From Planctomycetota bacterium (lineage in GTDB: Bacteria > Planctomycetota > B15-G4), in the NCBI GenBank assembly GCA_029259745.1, contig JAJDEO010000069.1, forward strand, positions 129,983 through 193,982: a stretch of DNA of 64,000 bases, read 5' to 3'. This document shows positions 30,124 through 38,700 of the stretch, one piece after another. Position numbers and translations under genes: made by a program. Position 1 is the stretch's first letter, and each line of letters opens with the position of its first letter. The notes under the pieces were generated by a model. That model saw nothing but the letters and a program-made list of their open reading frames with translations, made no database searches and was not told where the DNA came from.

Positions 30124-30957
30124 ATGCTCCGCTTCCTCGTCGCCCTGACTCTCACCCTCGCGATCACGCCCTCCCTCGACGCACAGAACATGCCGCCGGG
30201 CATGCACCGCTACATCTTCGGCCTCATCCGTCGCGGCCCAGCCGTGACGGAGATCACACCCGCCGAGGCGATGGACCTGCAGCGTCAGCATCTCGCGAAC
30301 ATCGAGCGGCTCGCGCGGCTGGGCAAGATCGTCGCGGCCGGGCCGTTCGAGGGTGGTGACGACTGGCGCGGGATCTTCATCTACAACGTCTCGACGAAGG
30401 CCGAGGCCCAGGCGCTCGTCGACAGCGACCCGCTCGTGAAGGCCGGACGACTCGTCGTCGACCTTGTCCCTTGGTGGGCGAGCGACGGACTGCTCGACGC
30501 CGCCGATGCGTGGATCGCGGAGAACCCAGCCGAGCCTGACGCGACGACGCCCGCGCCGACGCTGTCCGTCGAAGAGATCGCGCACACGTACCTCGATCAC
30601 TACATGGCCGGGCGCCTCGACGCGCTCGGCGAGCACCTCGCGTGGCACGCGCATTTCGAAGACCCGACGCTCGATGTCACCGGCCGCGAGGAAATCCTCG
30701 AGGCACTGCGCGGCGTCTTCGCGACGCTCACCATCGAATCCTTCGAACGCGAGCAGGTGCTCGTGTCGGCCAAGCTCGTCCTGTTCACGGGGCAGGTGCG
30801 GTTCACCCAGGCAACGGCCGACCCGAATCGATCGCTCGTCTTTGACTTGCCGATGAGCGTCGGTCTGACGATCGAGCACGGTAAAGTCGTCTCGCACGTC
30901 GACTACCTCGACGACGACGCCTACACCGCACAGCTCACGGAGCAGATGTCTCGATGA
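30124..30957 (+). CDS. Secreted YciI-like plus SnoaL-like two-domain protein
   Basis: Signal peptide; H...I..L...GK...AGPF...RGIFI...DP.VKAG (YciI); F.DP...GRE...GK...H.DY.D (SnoaL). Confidence 0.78.
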   Translation: MLRFLVALTLTLAITPSLDAQNMPPGMHRYIFGLIRRGPAVTEITPAEAMDLQRQHLANIERLARLGKIVAAGPFEGGDDWRGIFIYNVSTKAEAQALVDSDPLVKAGRLVVDLVPWWASDGLLDAADAWIAENPAEPDATTPAPTLSVEEIAHTYLDHYMAGRLDALGEHLAWHAHFEDPTLDVTGREEILEALRGVFATLTIESFEREQVLVSAKLVLFTGQVRFTQATADPNRSLVFDLPMSVGLTIEHGKVVSHVDYLDDDAYTAQLTEQMSR

Positions 30958-31973
30958 ACCTCTTCCTCACCTTGGCTTCCGTGATGCTCATCACTGCGAG
31001 TCTCAGCGCTCAGACCGATCGCATCGAACTCCCCGGCGGAAATGGCGCGGCGGCGGGACTGCACGTGGTGTTCGTGTCGGGCGACGAGGAGTACCGCTCC
31101 GAGGAGGCGTTGCCGCAGCTCGCGCGGATCCTGTCGAGACACCACGGCGCGCGCAGCACGGTGCTCTTCGCGCTCGACGACGACGGCACGATCAATCCCG
31201 ACCGGCGCGACAACATCCCCGGCCTGGAAGCCCTCGAATCGGCCGACCTGATGGTGCTCTTCACGCGCTTCCGCGACCTGCCCGACGCGCAGATGAAGCA
31301 CATCGTCGACTACGTGGAATCCGGGCGGCCGATCATCGCGATCCGCACGTCCACGCACGCGTTCGCCTTCTCGAACGAGAACCCGACGTCGTATCGGCAC
31401 TGGACGTGGAACGCCGGGCAGCCCTGGTCGGGCGGCTTCGGCCGGCAGGTGCTCGGAGAAACCTGGGTGGCGCACCACGGGCATCACGGCAGCGAGGCGA
31501 CGCGCGGCGTCGTGCCGGTGGCGGCGCGGCGACATCCGATCGTGCGTGGCGTCGAAGACGTCTGGGGCCCGACGGACGTCTACGCGATCCGCGACCTCCC
31601 GCTCGACGCCACGGTGATCCTCGAAGGCTCGATCGTCGACGGCATGACGACGGACGCCGAACACGTCAACGACGCGCGCAACGCGCCCCGCATGCCCGTC
31701 GTCTGGACACGCGAGCGCGCGGTGCCGGGAATCACGGCGCCCCAGCGCGTCGTCACCTCGACGATCGGCGCCGCCACCGACTACGAGAACGAAGACCTAC
31801 GCCGCATCTTCGTCAACGCGTGCCTGTGGGCCACGAGCCGCGAGGCCAAGATCCCCGAACGCGCCAACGTCGACCTCGTCGGCACCTACGAACCCACGCA
31901 GTTCGGCTTCGGAGGCTTCGTGAAGGGCAAGCGCCCCGCGGACTACGCGCCAGCGACCAGCGGCGATCGCTGA
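30954..31973 (+). CDS. Secreted ThuA-like domain protein
   Basis: Signal peptide; SGDEEYRSEE, NIPGLEAL, FTRFR, RTSTHAF, W..HHG.H. Confidence 0.82.
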   Translation: MNLFLTLASVMLITASLSAQTDRIELPGGNGAAAGLHVVFVSGDEEYRSEEALPQLARILSRHHGARSTVLFALDDDGTINPDRRDNIPGLEALESADLMVLFTRFRDLPDAQMKHIVDYVESGRPIIAIRTSTHAFAFSNENPTSYRHWTWNAGQPWSGGFGRQVLGETWVAHHGHHGSEATRGVVPVAARRHPIVRGVEDVWGPTDVYAIRDLPLDATVILEGSIVDGMTTDAEHVNDARNAPRMPVVWTRERAVPGITAPQRVVTSTIGAATDYENEDLRRIFVNACLWATSREAKIPERANVDLVGTYEPTQFGFGGFVKGKRPADYAPATSGDR

Positions 31974-32075
31974 CGGCAGAGGGCAGACCCAACGTCGCCT
32001 CGGCGTTGCATGTGGCGGGCTCGGGGGCAAAACGTCGTGTCAGTTATGAACTGACCCCTCGGAGACGCTCGCATC

Positions 32076-32708
32076 ATGTGGCTCGTCCTGCTCGAAACCG
32101 GCTTTGCCATCACGCTTGTCGTGGCGGGCACCGTCCTGACCGACGTGATCCAGCCCGATGATGGTCACTGGACGTTCCGCGGGATCCTGAAGAGCGCACG
32201 TCGACGCTGGCGACGTGTCCTCATCGTCATCTCTCTGTTCCTGGCTGCCGCATGGTTCGACAGCACTCTCGCGAGTGAAGAGGCTGCGCGGGAAGAGGCT
32301 CGTGAGCGATCGCTCCTCAAGACCTTTGCAGCGCTCGCACCACCGAACGAGCCATTCGCAGCAGTATCACTCCCGGCGCTCGAAGGCGAGTGGAACGTCG
32401 ACGTCATGACCGATGGCGTCCTGGAGCAAACGGCCGACTGCAAGATCCGTCACGTGGCGGGGAGTCGCATCTTCACCCTCGAAGGCCTCGACTTTCCGTG
32501 GACGGGCACCGGCGAACTGCGTCCCGAAGGTGAGGGTGTGTCCATCCGCCTGAACTTCGATGATGGGTATGACCAGGGGACAGCGGCCACGTCCGCGCCG
32601 GTGGACAGCGGTGCCCTGTCCGTCTTCACGCTCGACTATGTCGACGCGCCGAACAGCCAAGACGTCACCCGCGGCTACCTCATGTTCACCCGACGCAACG
32701 GTGCCTGA
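32076..32708 (+). CDS. Hypothetical membrane protein
   Basis: Two N-terminal TM segments and a beta-rich C-terminal part (LEGEW...). Confidence 0.6.
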   Translation: MWLVLLETGFAITLVVAGTVLTDVIQPDDGHWTFRGILKSARRRWRRVLIVISLFLAAAWFDSTLASEEAAREEARERSLLKTFAALAPPNEPFAAVSLPALEGEWNVDVMTDGVLEQTADCKIRHVAGSRIFTLEGLDFPWTGTGELRPEGEGVSIRLNFDDGYDQGTAATSAPVDSGALSVFTLDYVDAPNSQDVTRGYLMFTRRNGA

Positions 32709-32729
32709 TGAGCGCCGGCTCGACGAGCG

Positions 32730-32852
32730 CGACGTTCTCGACCGTGCTCGCGTAGGGATTGATCTGGACCGAAGCCGTTGCGTCGTCTTCGGCGAGGACG
32801 CGGCCCGACACGACAGTGCCGTCAGTCAGAACGAAGATGTCGCTCGCGAAGC
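32730..32852 (-). repeat. Diverged 123-bp copy of 35898-36020 (gene remnant)
   Basis: Ungapped manual alignment at offset 3168 with about 16 mismatches; encodes FASDIFVLTDGTVVSGRVLAEDDATASVQINPYASTVENV. Confidence 0.9.
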
Positions 32853-33019
32853 GTCGTTGGTTCGACTTCGTAACGGACGAGTCAACCTTCGCACGCGCCG
32901 CTGAGCCGCGGGCATTCCTACGTCAATCGTTGTCGCGAACTTGAGGTGTGTCCGCTTCCCCTGATGAGTGGGCACCACAACGGCGCTCGCCACACACCCC
33001 CACAAGTTAGGGATACATC

Positions 33020-33580
33020 ATGCGCATCTTGACTCTGAGCCTGCTCTTGCTAATGGGCAGCGTCCCGCCGCTATCCGTTGCCGCACAAGACACCAGCGAA
33101 CAAACGTCCGCCGGGCGCGCTGCAATCGGATACGTACACCTGAACCCTCGCCGCACGACGTTTGAGGAGGATGTCCTCGGCGTCGACCACGTTGTCTATG
33201 GCGTCGTGAAGGCCGTGCATGACACCCGCCGTAACGACTTCCCATTCAAGCAGTACGACGTGCATGTCTTGCGTGACGATGAGGGTGACGGAGACCACGT
33301 CATCAGTGTCATTGTGCCGGGGTCGCGTGACGCGACACCACCGATCGTCGTCGTTGGTGCCCCGACCTTCGGAGTTGGCGACGAACTCGTCCTGCTGCTG
33401 GATGACCTCGACGAGAGTCAGCATCACATCGTGCGTTCGGCCTCGAGCGGCGCCTACCGCGCCACGGGTCCCGAACGCGCGGTTCTCGGTCGCGGTGCCG
33501 GTGCCAATGAACCCGCCTGGTCATTCTTCCTGCGCCTGACCGCGATGCGCACCCAGGCGGCCACGCAGCTCCCCCGCTGA
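33020..33580 (+). CDS. Secreted hypothetical protein (domain often found N-terminal to matrixin-like proteases)
   Basis: Signal peptide; D.VV.G.V...V.VPG...VGAPTF..GDELVLLL pattern. Confidence 0.7.
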   Translation: MRILTLSLLLLMGSVPPLSVAAQDTSEQTSAGRAAIGYVHLNPRRTTFEEDVLGVDHVVYGVVKAVHDTRRNDFPFKQYDVHVLRDDEGDGDHVISVIVPGSRDATPPIVVVGAPTFGVGDELVLLLDDLDESQHHIVRSASSGAYRATGPERAVLGRGAGANEPAWSFFLRLTAMRTQAATQLPR

Positions 33581-33608
33581 GCAGCCCAAGACAAGCCAAC
33601 CCTTCGAC

Positions 33609-35516
33609 ATGAGAACCATCATGAACACCCGAACCCCGTTCTTCGCCCTCGCCGCCGGAATCGCCCTGGGAGCGCAAGCTCTTGCGGGTGGGCCCGAGAT
33701 GCAATGTGATGGCACACCCGTGATCTGGGGCATCGCTCCCGGAACTACGATCCAGTGGAGCATCGCGCGCACGATGGTGAGCGCGACCGAGTGCACCGTC
33801 GTGCCAGGTTTCGCCTGCACGCCGTGCAGTACGGGCGCCGGCGCGCGCCCAGGAACCTGGAGCATGGTGCGGGCGGCCCGCCAATGGACGCGTGCTACGC
33901 ATCCGTGGCTGCCAGCAACAGCCGGCGCGAGCAACGTGTCATTCATGCAACTCGACGACCCGTTCACGAGTTACGTCTCGACGTCTCCGGGAAGCAACCT
34001 GGTCGTCAACGATGGTACGAACGTCGTGACGTGCTTCCAGAGTGACAGCTACTGGGACGGCCTCGGCGATCCCTTCGGCATCACGGTCACCTGGCTGGAT
34101 GCGAGCAATCAGATCATCGAAGCCGACATGGCGCTCAATGCGATCGACGATGACGACAGCGTCGTGCTGCTCGAAGAGAACAACTACACGGGCCTCACGT
34201 ACGTCAACCAGAACCCCCCGACGGGCCGATTGGTCGATCTGCGAGGACTCGTCACGCACGAACTCGGACACTTCCTCGGGCTCTCGCACTCGCTCGTCGA
34301 ATCCCAGCGCAACGCACTTGGATCCGACCAGCCCACGATGTTCCCGATCGCTGACGGCGCGCCGTTCACCGGCACTGTGACCGCACCCACGGGTAGTGGC
34401 TGTTCGACCACGACACTCAGTCTTTCCGACCGGGTGCTCTTTGCGCGCGCGTCAACGTCGGTCGAACTCGACGACATCATCGCCCTCGCGACTGCCTATC
34501 CGAAGCCGGTCTTCTCGGCGGCCCTCGGATCCATCGAAGGCACCGTATTGGACCAAGATGACAGCGGCATCGAGTCGCGCCTTCAGGCGGCACATGTCGT
34601 GGCCATCGCCGTGAACGACCCGACGACACGTGTCGGAACGTACATCACTCCGAACGATGGCACGTACACGATCCGCGGCCTCCGCGCGGGCGACTACCAC
34701 GTGATGATCGAACCGATCGAGACGGGCGCCACGCCCTATGCCGGCATCATCTCGTCCATCCCGAGCGACACCTTCGTCTACGCGCCGACGTTCCTCGATG
34801 GAGACCTTCCCACGATCTACCAAGGCCAGTCGAGCTGCCCGGACGCGAACGACCCGCCACCTGCGTTCGCCGTCTTCAACGCCGAGATGCACAGCACGGC
34901 CGACACCGGCCCGAGCGAGTGTGAAGCAGATCAGATGTATTCATCCGCCATCTCTGTGAGCAACAACAGCACGACGAACTGCCGTTTCCTGGTTGCGCGA
35001 GGCTCGACGCCAGGACTGCCGGGGACCGGCACGGCCTGCCAGACCTTCCCACTCCTCCGGACGGAGAACCCCTCTGGTCTTTGGGTCGGACTTGCTAACG
35101 AAGTCAACGGCACAACACTTCCGGGAGCCACGTTGTCTCCTCACGGCATCGGATACGGAGATCTCGCGCAAGACTTCACGACGACGTTCCTCGTCGCGGC
35201 CGGCGGCACCACGAGCAGCGGTAACGACCTCGCTCCGTACTCCGGGCCGGTGACGCTGCGCTTGTCGACAGAACTCGACCTGAACGTGCGTGCCGACGGG
35301 CGTGTCGAACTCATCGACAATGGCTTGGCCTTCACGACCACGGGGACGATCCCGTCGACGAATCCGCGGATCGCCCGCTTCGACTTCCTCTCGAGTGAGT
35401 TCCCGCCCACGCAACTCGGGGTGACGAACTTCGTCGACATCTTCGCGCAAGCCGAGTTCGGTGACATGCTGACGAACATCGTCGTCATTCGCATGAACAT
35501 CGAGAACCCGAACTGA
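33609..35516 (+). CDS. Secreted metzincin (matrixin-like) metalloprotease with CarboxypepD_reg-like domain
   Basis: Signal peptide; IEADMALN, HELGHFLGLSH, Met-turn PTMFP; GSIEGTV...DGTYTIRGL.AGDY.V.IEP. Confidence 0.87.
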   Translation: MRTIMNTRTPFFALAAGIALGAQALAGGPEMQCDGTPVIWGIAPGTTIQWSIARTMVSATECTVVPGFACTPCSTGAGARPGTWSMVRAARQWTRATHPWLPATAGASNVSFMQLDDPFTSYVSTSPGSNLVVNDGTNVVTCFQSDSYWDGLGDPFGITVTWLDASNQIIEADMALNAIDDDDSVVLLEENNYTGLTYVNQNPPTGRLVDLRGLVTHELGHFLGLSHSLVESQRNALGSDQPTMFPIADGAPFTGTVTAPTGSGCSTTTLSLSDRVLFARASTSVELDDIIALATAYPKPVFSAALGSIEGTVLDQDDSGIESRLQAAHVVAIAVNDPTTRVGTYITPNDGTYTIRGLRAGDYHVMIEPIETGATPYAGIISSIPSDTFVYAPTFLDGDLPTIYQGQSSCPDANDPPPAFAVFNAEMHSTADTGPSECEADQMYSSAISVSNNSTTNCRFLVARGSTPGLPGTGTACQTFPLLRTENPSGLWVGLANEVNGTTLPGATLSPHGIGYGDLAQDFTTTFLVAAGGTTSSGNDLAPYSGPVTLRLSTELDLNVRADGRVELIDNGLAFTTTGTIPSTNPRIARFDFLSSEFPPTQLGVTNFVDIFAQAEFGDMLTNIVVIRMNIENPN

Positions 35517-35532
35517 GGCGACGCTAGCACTC

Positions 35533-35569
35533 GCGCCCCCGTCACACATCACGTGTGTGACGGGGGCGC
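35533..35569 (+). terminator. Perfect 16-bp stem hairpin after the protease gene
   Basis: GCGCCCCCGTCACACA-TCACG-TGTGTGACGGGGGCGC, 16 nt after the stop, between convergent genes; no U tract. Confidence 0.65.
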
Positions 35570-35772
35570 CCACGCATCCACGCACACTTCCGGGAGTCGT
35601 CGGCATCGTCGCGGTGTCGCCTTGGGTCGGCTCGCCTCGTCGAAGGCGAACCGGAGCGTTGGTCGTTGCTGCGCCGAGCTGCATGAGCAGGTCACGAGTG
35701 ACCTGGCATGGGAAGACCACCGTGCCGCTTGCCCACGTCTCGAGTTCATTCGCACGCCTCACTCTCGCGCAC

Positions 35773-38700
35773 TCACTTCCTCTGCGCGGCGAGGTAGGCC
35801 AGCAGGTCGGCGATCTCTTCGCGGGTGAACGTCGAGAGCAGGCCTTCGGGCATCGCCGAGACCTGCGACGTCCAGCGGTCGTCGACGTCGGCCACGGCGA
35901 CCTCTTCGATCGTGCTCGCGTAGGGATTGATCTGCACGGAGGCCGTGGCGTCGTCTTCGGCGCGGACGCGGCCCGACACGACGCTGCCGTCCTTCAGGAC
36001 GAAGATCTCGCTCGCGTAGCCCGCGGCGATCTCGGCGCTCGGGTCGAGGAGCTGCGCGAGGAGGTCTTCGTTGCTCGTCCAGCGCGCGACGCCGGCTTCG
36101 ATCGCCGGGCCCGTCTCGCCGCCCGCGCCGTCGACCGCGTGACAGAGGGTGCACGAGGCATCGACGAAGACATCGCGGCCGCGCTCGACCGAACTGCTCG
36201 GCACGTCGTCGAGGATCGGACGCAACTCGTCGAGCGTCCACTCGGCGACGAAGACACGCTCGCAGTTCTCGGCCATGACGGAGGCCTCGGCCGCGGCGAC
36301 CGCATCGACGACATCGAGAGCCGCATCGCCGGGTGCGACGACACGCAACGTGCCGTTCATGCGCGTCCAGTGGCCGGGGACCGTGCAGACGAAGGGATAG
36401 TTGCCCGGCGCGCTCGGCGCATCGAAGCTGAGAGTCTGCGATTGGCCTGACGACAGCAGTCCCGTCGCGACGATCACGTCGGGGACGTCGGGGACGAAGG
36501 CCCGCTCCCAGGCGTCGGGCTCGGCCGCCATGGCTTCGGCCGCGCGCCCCACGCGCGCAAGTGCACCCGGGGCCGTGACGACGAGGTTGTGCGGCATGAT
36601 GTCCGTGTTGTCGAAGACGAGTTCGATCGGACGACCCGCGGCGACGACGAGTTCGGTGCGGTCGAAGAGCAGCGCGTCGTGCACGGGACGCACGAGGAAC
36701 ACCTGCGGTCCGAGCGTGCGACGAAGGCGCCTGAATCCGTCGACGACGCCCGATGACATGCGCGGGATCCACTCGTCGGCGAAGGCCAGCACGCTGCGGC
36801 CCGTCGGCGTCATCCAGTAGCTCTCGGGCTTCGCGACGGCGAGCGTCTCGAAGAGCCCGCGCTCGAGCTCCTCGCGGTTGGCGTCCGACCATCGCTCGGC
36901 GTCGATCCCGCGCAGAGCGGCTACGACATCGGCGCGCAGCTCGTCGTCGCGCAGGCGATCCACGAGTGTCGTGATCGTCACCGGGACGCGCACGTCGAGC
37001 GCCCCCAAGGCGCGGACGGCCGCACGACGCAGCGTGAGGCGCGGCGGCTCGAGCGTCCATGACATCGTGGGCCCGAGCTGCCCGTCGTGTTGGTACGCGG
37101 CGACAGCTCGACGCTGACCGTCGAGGACATCGATGACGACGTCGTCGAGGCGGCGACCGTATGGGCCGTCGGTGCGATTCCAGAGCGCGATGCGATCGAT
37201 GCGTTGCGTCGCGCCGAGGTCGAGCTCCCACCATGGGTTCGGCTGGTCCTCGAGCGTGTGCGTCTGCGCGCCGTCCAACCATGCGCCGCTCGTGATGCCG
37301 TCCAGTGCATTGCTCGGCACGCCGCCCCAGTTCGTCGACGACTGCGTCGCGCTTCCCGCCGGCGCGACGTTCGTGCCGGCCGCGAACACCTGCACCTCGG
37401 CCAGCGTCAGCGTGCGCTGATCGCCCGCGAGAGACACACGCACGTAGCGGCCGGCCACGGCGTTCGCGTCGCCGAGTTGCGTCGCGAGCGCGGGCGGCGG
37501 GCCGTCGAGCAACGCAGCGACGCGATCGTAGACCGTCGCTCGCGGGGACATCTTCGTCGTGTAGGCCAAGGCGTCGAGGAACTCGGTGAGGGCCCCGGCC
37601 GACGTGAGCCCCGTGCTCCAAGCCGACTCGATGTCATCACTGGCGTCGATCGCTGCCGCCGTGGCGAGGCGGCGCGTCGAGCGGCGCTGTCCCTCGCGCG
37701 CGAGGCGCGTCAGGGCAACCGCAGAAGCGCCCGCATCGACGTCACGCAGCGTCGCGAAGAGGTCGGACAGCAGGTGATCGGCGTGACTCGACGCCTCGTC
37801 CTCGCGATCCGCCGTGTCGATCGCAGCGAGCAACACCTCCACCACCGACTCGCCGCGCGCGTCGGCGAGGCGCTCTGCCGCGGCGCGATACGTCACGATG
37901 TCGAGGCCGTGGCGCGTGAGCCGCTCGGCGTCCGCGACCACGCTCGGCGCGACGCGCGCGAGTTCATCCGTCGTCAGCATCGACAGCAGGTGCGCCAGGC
38001 CCGTCGGATCGTCGGCGCAAAGCACCTCGCCGCTCGCGAGGGCCGAACGCCACGGGACGTCGAGGGTCACGAGTGTTTGGTGCAGCGCATCCTCGAGGAA
38101 GGCGTCCATCGGCTGGGACAGAACCGACACCGCGGCCTCGGCCGCCCCCGCCGTCGGCACGAAGCTCAGCCCCACCACGGCCTCGCAGCGCACGCGCGGA
38201 TCGACATCACGAGCAGCCTTCGCGAGCAGCTCCGGCGCGTCATCGATCAGGCGCCGCATGTGACGCACCGCGCGCACGGCCGCTGCGCGCGCTCGGGAGT
38301 CGCGCGCGTCGAGCAAGCGCAGCAACAGCGGACGATCGACAACCGTCTGACCCTGCTGAACCCAGAGCGCCTCGAGCAGGTGGTGCTCGTGCTCGGGGTC
38401 GTTCGCATCGAGCGACTCGACCCAACGACGGGCCGCAACCACGACGTCGACCGTCGCGCGTCCACTGAGCTCGATGCGCGTGCGGTAGCGCACGCGATCT
38501 TCCGGCGTCCTCAGGTTCTCGAACAGCACGTCGAGCGGTTGGTCGGCAATCGGCACGGGGTCGAGCAGCGGACGTCCATCGGCCACCACGCGGTAGATAC
38601 GGCCGTGCAGACGATCGCGGCTCGGGTCGCGCAAGTGATGTTGCATGTGCCCGATGATCGCGTTGTGCCAGTCGGCGACGTAGAGCGCGCCGTCGGGACC

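Noticed and set aside
32730-36020. Repeat pair as a diversity-generating retroelement TR/VR
   Set aside because: Mismatches are not adenine-specific and no reverse transcriptase is in the window.
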